From positions 7,799 through 71,798 of the IMG/VR virus record IMGVR_UViG_3300019889_000009: a DNA stretch of 64,000 nucleotides; one strand, 5' to 3'. The position numbers and the translations under genes are program-made. The DNA comes from a virus. This document shows, in pieces, positions 1-10,477 of this stretch (position 1 is the stretch's first letter; every line of letters starts with the position of its first letter). The notes beneath the pieces were generated by a model, which was not told where the DNA came from, ran no database searches, and saw nothing but the letters and a program-made list of their open reading frames with translations.

Positions 1-512
1 AGGAGCGCATCACTGTTTATGATGAGCGCCGGATACTTGCGATCCAGTCAGCGGCTCGACGTGGATGCGAGGAGATCGAAGTCGAGGGGCGTGCTGATAT
101 CAGGGCCGGGGGTAACTTCGGCTCTGATCGTTGGCAGGATGGGTTTCGGGCAAAGCTTTCGTACCAGAGTCGTTCTGATCTCAATATCCGTGTGACACAC
201 TCAGTTCGTTATTGGGTCGTGTTCGAGGAAGGCCGCGTCATTAAGGGGCGACCGCTGTTGTGGATCCCCCTATCGTTCGCGAGTGATGCGCAAGGAGTCA
301 TGGCACGCGATTACCCAGCCCCCCTGTTTCGTGTTGATCGTCCGGGCAAGGCTCCGTTGCTGATGACCAATACCGGCGGTGGAAAAGCCGAAGCGAAGTA
401 TTTTGGTAAAGAGAGCGTCACTATTCCGAAGAAGTGGCACCTGCGCGATATCGCAAAAGCTGTGAGTCGCAAGCTAGGTGGCTACTACAAAGAGGCTTTC
501 CGCAATGGCTGA
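1..512 (+). CDS. Putative virion neck/tail-completion protein (5'-truncated by window)
   Basis: Frame of ORF 192..512 is open back to position 3; lies directly before the tape measure gene. Confidence 0.5.
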   Translation, partial: ERITVYDERRILAIQSAARRGCEEIEVEGRADIRAGGNFGSDRWQDGFRAKLSYQSRSDLNIRVTHSVRYWVVFEEGRVIKGRPLLWIPLSFASDAQGVMARDYPAPLFRVDRPGKAPLLMTNTGGGKAEAKYFGKESVTIPKKWHLRDIAKAVSRKLGGYYKEAFRNG

Positions 513-2520
513 AAATGACGAAGATCTAGTTTCGCAGATCAAGATCGAGGGTACTCAGCAATCGTCCGACGATCTGAACAAGATGGCAGACGACGGCGTC
601 TCCGCGTTTGATCGGTTAGGTGACGCGGCTAGAAAGGCGGGGGCACTCATTGCCTCCGGCTCCAAGACGATTTCCAATGCACTCGGGTCAATTGAGCCAC
701 CCAGTGCATTGACGGCTGAGCGGTTGGGAGAAATCGCTCAAGGGATGGGTGAGTTAAAGATCGCTGCAACTTCTTCGATCTCAGCCGTTGCTGGGTTTGC
801 CGCTGGCGTCGCGGCCATTGGAGCAGTCGTTGTTGGTGCGGTTGCAGGGGTTGCCAAGTTTGCGGCTTCGACGACTAGGGCGTATCGTGAACTGAACGAC
901 TCGACTAGTGATAACGTCCGCCTTACTCAAGCTCAGGGTAAGGCTTCGGTTCAGTCTGCGAACCAATCTAACCAATATGGAGAATCACTCCGCAAGCTTC
1001 GTGAACAATTGCGGCTTGGTAAGATCACATACTCTGAGTACGGTCTTGCCATTCGTTCATTGAATGAAGACTTTGCGCGCCAGGCCGCGTCAGTCCGTCG
1101 TGTTCAAGCTGCGCAAGAAGAAGCACAGAAGAAAAACGATTTGGCGCAACGGGCTGAGCAAGACCGCGTCGCACTTAAGAAGCTTGTCGACATGTACGGG
1201 GGGCCGTTGACCACCAGTCTGATCGCTCTAGGCACCACCTACGATCAGATCAAGAAGCAAGCTGTCGACGCCTTCTCACCAGCCCTTTCAAACTTGATCG
1301 ATAGCATTGGCGCGATCATTGACAGGAACCGCACTGCGATCACAAAATTCATTGATGACACTTCGACGGCGTTGGCGGACTTCATCAAGAACAATGGTCC
1401 GGCGATTGAGAAGTTTTTCAGTATCATCATGGACATCATCAAGGGTGTTGGCACGACTCTAACTCTGATCGTGATCCCGCGCCTGGTTCATCTGATGGAG
1501 ATACTTGACGCGATTGCTGTCAAGATTAACCAGGTGTTCGGCACAGAGTTCACGGGGGGAACACTGCTAGCTGCAGCCGCCATTTTGAAATTGACTGGTG
1601 GGTTCTCGACATTAAAGACTTTGATCCAAGCGACCATTGTCGCGCTCAGTGCGCTTGCTACGATTTTTAGTGTCAGCATCGTGACGGTGGGCCTTGTGGT
1701 TGTCGCAATCGGTTTGCTATTCGCCGCGATCATGTTGATTGACTGGACTGCATTCGGAGAACGTGCAGTGTCAGCCGGCACTAGGATACTTACTTTCTTT
1801 CAAACCATGCCAGCGAAAGTCGGTGCCTTTTTCTCAGCTCTATGGGAGAGCGTGAAGACGATGACCTCTGAAGCGGTGCAATGGGTCATTACAAAATGGA
1901 CTGAATTTGTCACATGGATCGCTGCGATACCCGATCGCGTGTCTCAGATCTTCACTGATTTGTGGAATAGAATTAAGCAAAGCGCGACTGAAGCGTTTGA
2001 TAGTCTCAAGACCACAATAAAAGGTTGGGTCGATAGTGTGCTGGGGTGGCTCAAGCCGATCTTGGACATGATGGCCAAAATCAATGCGCAGAGTGAAAGC
2101 TCGCCGGGTAGTGAGTCGGTTGGCGCATTCGCGGGTGGTGGTGCCGTTCGTGGTCCCGGCACTGCGACCAGTGACTCGATCCCGGCATGGCTGTCGAACA
2201 ATGAGTGGGTCATGCGCGCGAAGGCTGTGCGCAAGTATGGATCTGGTTTTATGCGCGCAGTCAATGAGGGTCGGTTCAAGATGCCGAAATTCTCAATGGG
2301 CGGTCTCAATATGATCTCACCCACGTCTCGCATTCGATACGCCGAAGGTGGTCCGGTTGGAGGATCATCAATGCAGCCCTTGAACCTGTCCCTGTTCGGC
2401 GAGGAGTTCAAGGGTTTGATGATGCCTGAAGATGTCGCGGGCCGCATGACCAAGTTTGCAATCGCACGTCAGTCACGTTCAGCAGGCCGCAAGCCGGCAT
2501 GGGTTGGAGGTAATCGCTAA
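505..2520 (+). CDS. Tail tape measure protein
   Basis: Long Ala-rich helical protein with hydrophobic segments, Trp/Phe-periodic repeats and C-terminal FAGGGAVRGPGTATSDSIPAWLSNNEWV motif typical of tape measure proteins; ATG 505. Confidence 0.85.
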   Translation: MAENDEDLVSQIKIEGTQQSSDDLNKMADDGVSAFDRLGDAARKAGALIASGSKTISNALGSIEPPSALTAERLGEIAQGMGELKIAATSSISAVAGFAAGVAAIGAVVVGAVAGVAKFAASTTRAYRELNDSTSDNVRLTQAQGKASVQSANQSNQYGESLRKLREQLRLGKITYSEYGLAIRSLNEDFARQAASVRRVQAAQEEAQKKNDLAQRAEQDRVALKKLVDMYGGPLTTSLIALGTTYDQIKKQAVDAFSPALSNLIDSIGAIIDRNRTAITKFIDDTSTALADFIKNNGPAIEKFFSIIMDIIKGVGTTLTLIVIPRLVHLMEILDAIAVKINQVFGTEFTGGTLLAAAAILKLTGGFSTLKTLIQATIVALSALATIFSVSIVTVGLVVVAIGLLFAAIMLIDWTAFGERAVSAGTRILTFFQTMPAKVGAFFSALWESVKTMTSEAVQWVITKWTEFVTWIAAIPDRVSQIFTDLWNRIKQSATEAFDSLKTTIKGWVDSVLGWLKPILDMMAKINAQSESSPGSESVGAFAGGGAVRGPGTATSDSIPAWLSNNEWVMRAKAVRKYGSGFMRAVNEGRFKMPKFSMGGLNMISPTSRIRYAEGGPVGGSSMQPLNLSLFGEEFKGLMMPEDVAGRMTKFAIARQSRSAGRKPAWVGGNR

Positions 2521-2960
2521 TGGTCACTCTCGCAGATCCCACCTTACTCCGATTGACGGGAGTCGGGGTACCGCCATATTCCGCGCGTGGTTTAACGCAA
2601 ACGCTTGCCCCAATACAGCAGGCGTCGCAAAACAAACGCACAGTCAATGGCGCACTCAAAGACATTTCGTTCCCCGGTTTTCGCAAATACAGAAGCGCGA
2701 TATCGGGGGGCGATCAGCAGCCACCGAACGTTGATGGCATCTGGCCGGGCCTGACAATCACCGTCGACTGCATCTCTGAATTGCAGTACACCACAATTGG
2801 AGGAGCGCCTGCACGAACGATCGTTCGTGCAGGCGCTCCTCCAATTGGTTTGTACACACTGTACCGCCCACGGTTGACCATGAAGATCCTTGGCTTCAAT
2901 GTGTCGACTGACGAATACGGAGCTCAAGTAAGTTGGGCAATGGATCTCGAGGAAGTTTAA
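2520..2960 (+). CDS. Putative distal tail protein
   Basis: 146 aa, TAATG-coupled to the tape measure gene; call is positional. Confidence 0.55.
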   Translation: MVTLADPTLLRLTGVGVPPYSARGLTQTLAPIQQASQNKRTVNGALKDISFPGFRKYRSAISGGDQQPPNVDGIWPGLTITVDCISELQYTTIGGAPARTIVRAGAPPIGLYTLYRPRLTMKILGFNVSTDEYGAQVSWAMDLEEV

Positions 2961-4811
2961 ATGGCCAAGAATTTCTATTTTGCATGGGTAGAACCGGGCA
3001 CTGCGTTCAATCCCGCGGTCCACAACGTCGAGGACGAGGACGTGTTCTCGCATGAATTCTCACATGAGGAGGGTGGCTTCGCGGCCTTGCAGATCGTGAT
3101 ACGCAACCCGCGTATCGGACTGCTGAACCCGAGCCGCAAGCGTTGGGCATATTTTTCGTTCAACAAGGGCACTGACGAAGCGCCTGATATCGTGCCTCAG
3201 TTCTATGGTCGCTTGCTAGGAGTCCCTGACAATATCTTCGACACTTTGGTCACCCTGCAATTCGTCGCAAGGCCGTCAAACTTTGTTGCGCAGAAGACCG
3301 CACTGGCGACGACGCTCAAAGTGTTGCCGTATTACGATCCAATCTTCGTGTCGCCTGATGCGTGGACGGACCCAGACGCGGTGCTCGAGGGCCGCACTCA
3401 ATTGTGGCATATCGATCCCGTTAGCCACGTTGTCAGTGTGTCGGACATCCTTGTGCCAGAGGATGGCACTGTCGAGTTTGAAGCTACTGACGTCTTCTAC
3501 GACTCGGTGGCAATTTCTTTGCAGTCAGTTCCCTTGCGAGCGGTATCGGTGGTCGCGACAATCCCGTGGACGCAGTCTGCTCAAGGCAGTGTGGATTTCA
3601 AACAACCGATACTCGGCATATTTGGTGGCCGGTCTTCTATTGGTTCGTTCTCCATGGAAGGCTTGGTATCATCATGGCCGCAGCCGGGTACTCAGATCGG
3701 AAACGGTTGGGTCGTCACAGCGGGAGAACTTGTCGACATTTCGTTCTTGTCGAAGCCGGAGTATGTGATCCCAGACGTATTCGCGCAGACCAACTCGTCA
3801 TTGCCACATCTTGCAGAAGGTTCGATCGTATTCCCCATTAAAGTCAGCGGTAAAATTTGGGGAGGCGTCGATGGCGCAGGTTACGACTTCAACTATGAAC
3901 TTGTTGGTGTGGCCAAGGGATGGGGTTCACCGACGCTGACTGCGCAATACACTGCGCAACGTGATTTTGCAGAGGTGGTCAATTTTACTTTGTTCAGCGA
4001 TCAGCAAGCAATCTTGACGTTGCCTGAAGATGATGAAGCGATGCTTGTGTCACTGACTGCTAACAGTGTGTCTGACATGACCGTTGACGGCTCAGTTCCG
4101 ATTGGAGACGTTCGCTCGCGGACATACGTCAACAGCGCTCGAGGCCGACAATCAGTTGAGCATTTGATCATGATCGCGCGTGCGCATTTGGTCAGCCGAT
4201 CGCGCGCGGTGCAGGTCAGTTTCAAAACCGATTATGTCACTGGCTTGCAGATTACATTGAGAAAGGCAGCACTGATCCACGATGACAGGATCCCAGGTGG
4301 GGTAGCGACTGGCAAGGTGATGTCTTACAAGTTCTCGTTAGACGGTGACTCGGGAGAAGCGATCGCGGAAATCACGATTGGGTGTGCTGTAGGTTACGGG
4401 GGTTCATATACGGAAATCCCTGGCAACCCGACTTACGTGGATGAACCTTACGTGGATAAGGAGTATCAAGAGTATGAAAGCGAGGTAGTGCTGTCGACCA
4501 CGTCCGACGTGTTGTACTCGATGCCACCATACCAAGCTTTCGATGACGGGCTGGATTTCAAACGTGGTTTGACCACCACCGCAATTACACATCTGTCAGT
4601 CGCAAATCCAGCCGCTGTGCAGGCTGCCGCGATTGAGGCAGTGAGTGGTGCTGATCAATCCGTGTTGAGTACTGTACTGCAAGCGATCCCGACACGGATC
4701 ACGATGCAGTTGGTGCCCATGGAAGGGGGTCCCTTTGTTGCGTCAGTCCCGATATCAGTCAGTGATTTAATCGTTCCGAAGCAAATCGACTTGGAGGCTG
4801 CCAGTGTCTAA
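2961..4811 (+). CDS. Putative tail tip/baseplate hub protein
   Basis: 616 aa beta-rich ORF following the distal-tail candidate; positional. Confidence 0.55.
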   Translation: MAKNFYFAWVEPGTAFNPAVHNVEDEDVFSHEFSHEEGGFAALQIVIRNPRIGLLNPSRKRWAYFSFNKGTDEAPDIVPQFYGRLLGVPDNIFDTLVTLQFVARPSNFVAQKTALATTLKVLPYYDPIFVSPDAWTDPDAVLEGRTQLWHIDPVSHVVSVSDILVPEDGTVEFEATDVFYDSVAISLQSVPLRAVSVVATIPWTQSAQGSVDFKQPILGIFGGRSSIGSFSMEGLVSSWPQPGTQIGNGWVVTAGELVDISFLSKPEYVIPDVFAQTNSSLPHLAEGSIVFPIKVSGKIWGGVDGAGYDFNYELVGVAKGWGSPTLTAQYTAQRDFAEVVNFTLFSDQQAILTLPEDDEAMLVSLTANSVSDMTVDGSVPIGDVRSRTYVNSARGRQSVEHLIMIARAHLVSRSRAVQVSFKTDYVTGLQITLRKAALIHDDRIPGGVATGKVMSYKFSLDGDSGEAIAEITIGCAVGYGGSYTEIPGNPTYVDEPYVDKEYQEYESEVVLSTTSDVLYSMPPYQAFDDGLDFKRGLTTTAITHLSVANPAAVQAAAIEAVSGADQSVLSTVLQAIPTRITMQLVPMEGGPFVASVPISVSDLIVPKQIDLEAASV

Positions 4812-5187
4812 CCAACTTGAACAAATTGTCCGCCCATCGCAATCTGCCCTGATCAGGCCCGCGGTTGCGATACAGATTTACGCGACGCCAAAGATCCCAG
4901 ACAACACACCCGTTGAGTGGGGTTCGTCGGGTAACTCCATCTTCGAGCTGCACGCTCACGCCGAGGACTCACTGGACAGGAATTGGCCGGAGGAGAAGCG
5001 GAAGTATGACGTTGTTCGCGTCTACAATGAGGATGATCGTTCGCAATATATCGATACCGAGGTCATGACTGAATATCAGGGTCGCAACAAGATCTCGCAA
5101 AATCGCATAGTCATGCAATTTGCGTTGAACTCCAACACCAAGAACACAGAAGTGATCGAGCGCAATCTCGTTCGAGAGACCAAGTAA
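4804..5187 (+). CDS. Hypothetical tail-module protein
   Basis: 127 aa, overlaps the upstream stop codon. Confidence 0.5.
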   Translation: MSNQLEQIVRPSQSALIRPAVAIQIYATPKIPDNTPVEWGSSGNSIFELHAHAEDSLDRNWPEEKRKYDVVRVYNEDDRSQYIDTEVMTEYQGRNKISQNRIVMQFALNSNTKNTEVIERNLVRETK

Positions 5188-5199
5188 AGGACAGCACCC

Positions 5200-5997
5200 A
5201 TGGACGGCATCATATATAAAACTACCGACGTCTTGAAGTGGGGCGTTGGTGGTGGGTCTGGTACAGGGGGGAACCTGAGTCCGACCGAACTCGATCTGAA
5301 TTTTTGGGAATTGTATTTCAGGTTAAAGGCCCTCGAAGACAATCCCCCGGAGTCAATCAATATATCGGGCATGACCGTCGTCGGCACTCAATGGCAAGTC
5401 AACATGTCCGACGGGTCACACTTTGGCCCGTTCACGTTACCGCTCGCGACGTTCCAGTTCCGTGGCGACTGGGTCAATGAGATGCATTACTACGAACTGG
5501 ATATCGTAGTAGCGCCAGACTTTGGATTGTTCTTGGTGCGGATCGAGCACGATACACCTCCCTTGCCTGCTGTATTTGACCCCCTTGCCGACGACGGCAG
5601 CGGCAACCTCCTTTACTTGAAGTTGTTCGGCGAGGGTCCTCGCATCTATGACTTTGGTTTCTTCTTTCCGGGTCAGCCGGGAGCTGGGATCGGTACGGGG
5701 GACTATATGGCCGCGCATGCGTTTGCGCGCGACGTTGTGCTGCCCATAAATCTTACGGGTTCAATTGCGCGCCTGCGACTGGCACCATTGGCAGATTTGT
5801 CATTCGACGCGCAAAAGAACGGAGTCGATATCGGCACTATTGATTTTGCAGCGGGAGAGACTGAGGGCACGTTTACTTTTGTAGATGCTACTGCATTTGT
5901 ATCGGGAGATGCATTTGGCGTGCTACCTCCAGCCGCACTTGACGATGATGCACGTTCATTGACTCTAACATTCGTCGGTACTAGAGGCACCCTGTAA
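5200..5997 (+). CDS. Putative tail fibre/adaptor protein
   Basis: AAGGA RBS; N-terminal GNLSPTELDLNFWEL resembles fibre-attachment segments. Confidence 0.5.
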   Translation: MDGIIYKTTDVLKWGVGGGSGTGGNLSPTELDLNFWELYFRLKALEDNPPESINISGMTVVGTQWQVNMSDGSHFGPFTLPLATFQFRGDWVNEMHYYELDIVVAPDFGLFLVRIEHDTPPLPAVFDPLADDGSGNLLYLKLFGEGPRIYDFGFFFPGQPGAGIGTGDYMAAHAFARDVVLPINLTGSIARLRLAPLADLSFDAQKNGVDIGTIDFAAGETEGTFTFVDATAFVSGDAFGVLPPAALDDDARSLTLTFVGTRGTL

Positions 5998-5998
5998 C

Positions 5999-7270
5999 AT
6001 GACCGTCGTATCAAGCTACGATCATATCTTTAGCCGAGGTGTCCGCTCGGGAACAAACGGCAATGGCTTCCTGGTGTCTGTCACGCGGTCTGCGGCTCTG
6101 GCGGCCATCGAATTTGCGCCGTGGACCGAAGCCTTTGATGCCTTTGGCTCTGGACCGTTTTACGACAGCGGCGCGACGCTGACCGGTGTTGATCATTTCA
6201 CGTTCCGCTTTTCTAGTGCGGTTGCCATCACGGGTATACGGTTCTGGGGAGAGGGCGGGGATATCACCGACTTAGGGATGTGGCAACTCAAGGGTTCGAA
6301 TGACGGGTCTAGCTTCACCAACATAGCGTCGCCGTTCCATTGGAACCAAGTTAACAACGGCATCGGGTCGTTGGATGGTTGCGTATTCGAATTTTCTAAC
6401 ACCGTCGCGTATCTTTATTACCGGCTGTCTTACGTCAGCGGCACCTTTGGCGGCGGACGTCTCTGCACCAAGGTGGACTTAAGAATAGCGCATAGCGATC
6501 GCGGGGGCGGGGATCGCTCCTCGACGGTGGTTATATCACGAAGCGGTCTAGCGCCGTCCCCGCAGCCGCTCAGTGACTTGATCGATGGCAAGTACTTCGC
6601 TGGTCTTCCTGTTCCCGGTACCGATCAAGTTTCCCTCCTTGCTCCGGCAAATGGAAACTACCTAGAGTTTGACTTCGGCATTCCCGTGTCGATCAGGCGA
6701 TGGAGGCTCAATAACGACGGGCAGCTTAATCAGAACTACGGAACCTGGAGGTGGCAGGGTTCAGCTAGTGGTTCATCGTTTGCTAATTCGGGAGTAACGT
6801 TTACCTTGAACAACACAACCAACACCAAGTGGGATTGGTTGCTCACGACACAGGTTCCTGTCTCCACGGACTTCTTTCGCTATTGGCGTCTGACTAGTAG
6901 CGGTGACGCGTCGAACCTGGATGGGCTTTACGAGATCGTGTTTGATCTTGTGGAGGGAGCGGTTGAAGAAAATCCAGTCGCTTGGTTTGAAGACGACACT
7001 GAGTTTCTTGCGGCCATCACCTCGGAGTATCCTGAGGAGAATCCGGTCGCTGACTTTATAGACGATAGCATTTTTGATGCCATCATCACGTCAGTCGCTG
7101 TTGAAACTTTAGTCGCAGAGTTTGTAGACGACACTCAATTCCTTGCTGCGATTGAAGTGGAGGAGGTACATCTTGTTGCGGAGTTTGTTGATGATGCGAC
7201 TTTCATTGCGATACCCGAAAATCAAAGAAGTCCCATAGTGCAAACTATAATCATTGTCACTGGAATGTAA
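5999..7270 (+). CDS. Putative receptor-binding protein with two discoidin (F5/8 type C)-like domains and acidic C-terminal repeats
   Basis: Two W-x-x-x-GS-x-x-GSSF ... Y-x-RL units; four repeats like EENPVAxFxDDTxFxAxI. Confidence 0.55.
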   Translation: MTVVSSYDHIFSRGVRSGTNGNGFLVSVTRSAALAAIEFAPWTEAFDAFGSGPFYDSGATLTGVDHFTFRFSSAVAITGIRFWGEGGDITDLGMWQLKGSNDGSSFTNIASPFHWNQVNNGIGSLDGCVFEFSNTVAYLYYRLSYVSGTFGGGRLCTKVDLRIAHSDRGGGDRSSTVVISRSGLAPSPQPLSDLIDGKYFAGLPVPGTDQVSLLAPANGNYLEFDFGIPVSIRRWRLNNDGQLNQNYGTWRWQGSASGSSFANSGVTFTLNNTTNTKWDWLLTTQVPVSTDFFRYWRLTSSGDASNLDGLYEIVFDLVEGAVEENPVAWFEDDTEFLAAITSEYPEENPVADFIDDSIFDAIITSVAVETLVAEFVDDTQFLAAIEVEEVHLVAEFVDDATFIAIPENQRSPIVQTIIIVTGM

Positions 7271-7282
7271 GGAGATACCACT

Positions 7283-8293
7283 GTGAAAGAAAATTACCAA
7301 AAAGCGATGGCCATCGAACTCAAGTTTGAGGGTGGCAAGGACGATGATCCGATTGATCCCGGGGGTCGAACAAATCAGGGAGTCACGCAACGCGTCTATA
7401 CAGCGTGGCGATTGAAGAACGGAAAGCTTGCGCGCGACGTGTTCGTGATGGAGGCCGGCGAGCGTGACGCGATCTATTATCAAAACTACGGTCTCAAGGT
7501 TCGGTTTGATGAATTGCCCCCGGGTGTCGATCTGGTGCTGTTGGACGGAGCCATCAACTCGGGCCCTTCGCAATCGATCAAATGGGCGCAGCGTGCATTG
7601 AACCTAAATGCCGACGGTGTGCTGGGTGACGTCACGATGCAGCGCATTCAAGATCATCCGGACCACGATAAGCTGATCGAGGGCATCTGCTTTCGTCGCA
7701 TGGCGTTCTTGCGTGGTCTCAAAACGTTCTATCATTTCGGAGGTGGCTGGACCTCGCGCGTCAGTCAATTGAAGAAGAGTGGTCAAGCGTGGGCCATGGG
7801 TACGGTCGGCCCGCCCGTCATATTCGCGCCGAACGGCAACAAGAAGGCGACCATCGTCGACGCAAAGGCACTCCCTTCGACAGCACCCGCGGATGCGACG
7901 GCTGCTGGTGGTGGTGTCAGCACTGCGTTGACAACGGCCCAGTCCGTCTTCGAGCCATTGCAGGGACGATCGAATACGATCGACAATATCCTGCTGGGCC
8001 TTATGGTCGGAGGTCTGTTGTTGACGGCCTTCGGTTTCGCATACGGCTATTGGGTCCGTCAGAAGAGGAACGAGCTCAATGATGTCCTCGATCTCGAGCC
8101 GCAGAAGATGGGTTACGCGGATAACGACAATATCCCCAATGAAGTGTTGGCACAGTATGTCGATCCGAACTTACATGGTTCAGAGACCGGCAACATTGCG
8201 CCGGGTAACGTCACGACGTCGGGGCGTACAGCGGGAGACGCCGAAGAACGTGTCAACCCTCCTGCTCCTGTACCTGAGAGCAAAGTAGCTTAA
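7283..8293 (+). CDS. Endolysin, glycoside hydrolase family 108 with peptidoglycan-binding domain and C-terminal TM segment
   Basis: EGG-x-x-DDPIDPGGRTNQGVTQ GH108 motif; FGGGWTSRV; AAGGAG RBS with GTG start. Confidence 0.9.
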   Translation: MKENYQKAMAIELKFEGGKDDDPIDPGGRTNQGVTQRVYTAWRLKNGKLARDVFVMEAGERDAIYYQNYGLKVRFDELPPGVDLVLLDGAINSGPSQSIKWAQRALNLNADGVLGDVTMQRIQDHPDHDKLIEGICFRRMAFLRGLKTFYHFGGGWTSRVSQLKKSGQAWAMGTVGPPVIFAPNGNKKATIVDAKALPSTAPADATAAGGGVSTALTTAQSVFEPLQGRSNTIDNILLGLMVGGLLLTAFGFAYGYWVRQKRNELNDVLDLEPQKMGYADNDNIPNEVLAQYVDPNLHGSETGNIAPGNVTTSGRTAGDAEERVNPPAPVPESKVA

Positions 8294-8300
8294 CACGACC

Positions 8301-8326
8301 GGGGTCGCGCGTCCGCGCGCGGCCCC
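8301..8326 (+). other. GC-rich hairpin after the endolysin (no U-tract)
   Basis: GGGGTCGCGCG-TCCG-CGCGCGGCCCC; a similar hairpin lies at 48348-48372. Confidence 0.5.
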
Positions 8327-8343
8327 ATCATCGGAGAAGCGTC

Positions 8344-8679
8344 ATGCATTATTTTGATTTGCTTTTGGGTTGGGTACCGTTATGGGGTTGGATCGTGATG
8401 TGCGTTGTTTTCGCGGCCCCGCTGTTTTATTTCTTCGGTCCGATCATTATCGCATTTTGGAACATGCTGCCGCGAACTGTGCAAGTCGTGCTTGGAGGCA
8501 TCGGAGCAGTACTCCTCGCGTTCGCAGCCGGCCGATACAAGGGGGCGTCGACGGAACGCGACGAGCAGCGCAGGCGTGAAGCGGGCGCCATCAAAAACAG
8601 AGAAGAGGTAGATCGAGATGTTGGAAGCCTTTCTGAGAAGGACACTCGTGATCGTCTCAATCGTTGGAATAGGGATTAG
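8344..8679 (+). CDS. Membrane lysis protein, probable i-spanin (Rz-like)
   Basis: Hydrophobic N-terminus plus charged coiled-coil tail; follows the endolysin and overlaps a lipoprotein ORF. Confidence 0.55.
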   Translation: MHYFDLLLGWVPLWGWIVMCVVFAAPLFYFFGPIIIAFWNMLPRTVQVVLGGIGAVLLAFAAGRYKGASTERDEQRRREAGAIKNREEVDRDVGSLSEKDTRDRLNRWNRD

Positions 8680-8830
8680 CTTTATATCCTTAGGCGGTTG
8701 TGGGTTCGGGTGCGCAGGCTGGCATGAGTTCGAACCCTCTAGCAGAGACGTGCTGACCGATGGTACTGCAAAGCAAATGCTGGCTCATAATGAGTTCGGT
8801 GCAAAACAGGGCTGCTGGAAAGCCCGCTAG
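8618..8830 (+). CDS. Probable o-spanin lipoprotein (Rz1-like)
   Basis: Signal peptide ending in LGGC lipobox; overlaps the previous gene in another frame. Confidence 0.6.
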   Translation: MLEAFLRRTLVIVSIVGIGISFISLGGCGFGCAGWHEFEPSSRDVLTDGTAKQMLAHNEFGAKQGCWKAR

Positions 8831-8839
8831 GGAGAAGGA

Positions 8840-9379
8840 ATGGCATCGGAGTTTGTCGAGGGTCAGATAAAGAGTATGGGTGTGGCGGGGGCCATCATCT
8901 CAGTGTTAATGGGAGTGATCGTTATATTGTCGGGTGCGATCCTGGTCATGTACCGACACGCAAATAAAGTTTATGGGTATCGGCTTGCTGAACGCGACAC
9001 ACTCAAAGACGCGTTGAACGATAGCAAGAACGCATTGAAGGAGATGCTAGACGCGACCAAGGACCGCAATGAGATTACCGAAGAACTGGCGGAGTTGATC
9101 GCCAAGCAGTCAATCGCGTTCACGTCGTTAGAGCAGACCGTGAACCATCATTACGCGATGCTGAAAGACAACCATGAGCGAATGCATATGGTGATGTCTG
9201 CGATCACGGAATCCATCAGGACACTGAGCTCGCACGTCGGCGACGTGCGCAATACGGTTCAGCACATGGGCACCGATATTAAAACCAGTCTTGGTAATGC
9301 CATGGGTGTATTTTTGAATGATATTAGGTCGGCGATCGATTATGCGTTGGACGTGGTCAAGAGGAGAGGTAGTAGATGA
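8840..9379 (+). CDS. Membrane-anchored coiled-coil protein (lysis module)
   Basis: One N-terminal TM helix; GGAG RBS. Confidence 0.5.
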   Translation: MASEFVEGQIKSMGVAGAIISVLMGVIVILSGAILVMYRHANKVYGYRLAERDTLKDALNDSKNALKEMLDATKDRNEITEELAELIAKQSIAFTSLEQTVNHHYAMLKDNHERMHMVMSAITESIRTLSSHVGDVRNTVQHMGTDIKTSLGNAMGVFLNDIRSAIDYALDVVKRRGSR

Positions 9380-9642
9380 GTTGGTTCTCGAAGTTTCTGC
9401 GGTCCATCGGTGTGCTGTCAGACTTCACGCACGACGACATCTTGAACGCGGAGGCAGAGGACGCTCTCTTGGAGCACAGTAAGGTGGTTCGCGAAATGGA
9501 GACTACTACGCGTGTGCGCAAGACCGTCAATGATAAATTGCGCAGAGTACTAGCGGAGGCTCGGGAACGGAGTTCGAGCTTTGGCGATTTTGAGCAGAAC
9601 ATTCGCAGGGAGACTCGCCGTCATGTACGACGTCCTAACTAG
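9376..9642 (+). CDS. Hypothetical protein
   Basis: ATGA overlap with the upstream gene. Confidence 0.5.
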   Translation: MSWFSKFLRSIGVLSDFTHDDILNAEAEDALLEHSKVVREMETTTRVRKTVNDKLRRVLAEARERSSSFGDFEQNIRRETRRHVRRPN

Positions 9643-10063
9643 CAATCTGATCATTCGTGAATGGTTGAACGGATCGCTGTTCCCGCTATCAGGTAATCTA
9701 GCTTTCATCATCATGGTATTTTTGATAGACAGTTTCCGCCAACGAGGCAATGACTCATGGTGGACCATGCCGGGTGTGCCGACGGGGTGTGCGTTGTTTT
9801 GGGTCTTCTCCCTCGACATGGTGCGCGCGGTGTGCGTGTGGTATGTGTTGCGCGCGAACAATGACGGGAAGCAGGTCTCGGAATGGGTGCGTGATTTGTC
9901 GAATTGGTTTTTGATATTTGCTAGTCTTGGTCTTGTTATCACGATGCTGCGTTGCACCTATCTGTTCACACCCCCGCGATGGGGCAACAGTTATTGGGTC
10001 TATTCAGCATTGTCTACGATCGCGTTCTTGTTACTGTCACACTTCTTCCCCTCAATCGGCTAA
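9623..10063 (+). CDS. Multi-pass membrane protein (holin candidate)
   Basis: About four hydrophobic segments; GGGAG RBS before ATG 9623. Confidence 0.45.
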   Translation: MYDVLTSNLIIREWLNGSLFPLSGNLAFIIMVFLIDSFRQRGNDSWWTMPGVPTGCALFWVFSLDMVRAVCVWYVLRANNDGKQVSEWVRDLSNWFLIFASLGLVITMLRCTYLFTPPRWGNSYWVYSALSTIAFLLLSHFFPSIG

Positions 10064-10078
10064 CCAAAGGAGACTACA

Positions 10079-10477
10079 ATGGCTTCCGACCTATCACTGT
10101 ATTTGGGCAACAAGGTCGCGCGATGGCTGGGCGGCAATGCTATGCCAACAGCACCCACGTCGATCTACACTGCGTTGTTCGACGGCGACCCCAAGGGGGC
10201 TGGTGTCGAAGTCACTGGCGATATCGATGCAGGTGGCCGCATTGCTCCGACCTGGACAGTACCCATTTCAGGTACAGACAATGTACTCGAGTCAAGTGCT
10301 GACGTCGATTATGGTCTTGCTGACGGGGCTGCCGATATCACGCATGTTGCGATCTTCGATGACGACACCGCGGGCAATCTGTTGAGTTCGAAAGTGTTGG
10401 CAGCTCCGATCGCAGCCGTCCTCGGGACACCCATCAAATTCTTGGCAGGAGATCTGAAGTTCACAATCGGGACTTGA
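10079..10477 (+). CDS. Putative virion structural protein
   Basis: AAGGAG RBS; IYTALFDGDP...ITHVAIFD pattern seen in small tail-associated proteins. Confidence 0.55.
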   Translation: MASDLSLYLGNKVARWLGGNAMPTAPTSIYTALFDGDPKGAGVEVTGDIDAGGRIAPTWTVPISGTDNVLESSADVDYGLADGAADITHVAIFDDDTAGNLLSSKVLAAPIAAVLGTPIKFLAGDLKFTIGT

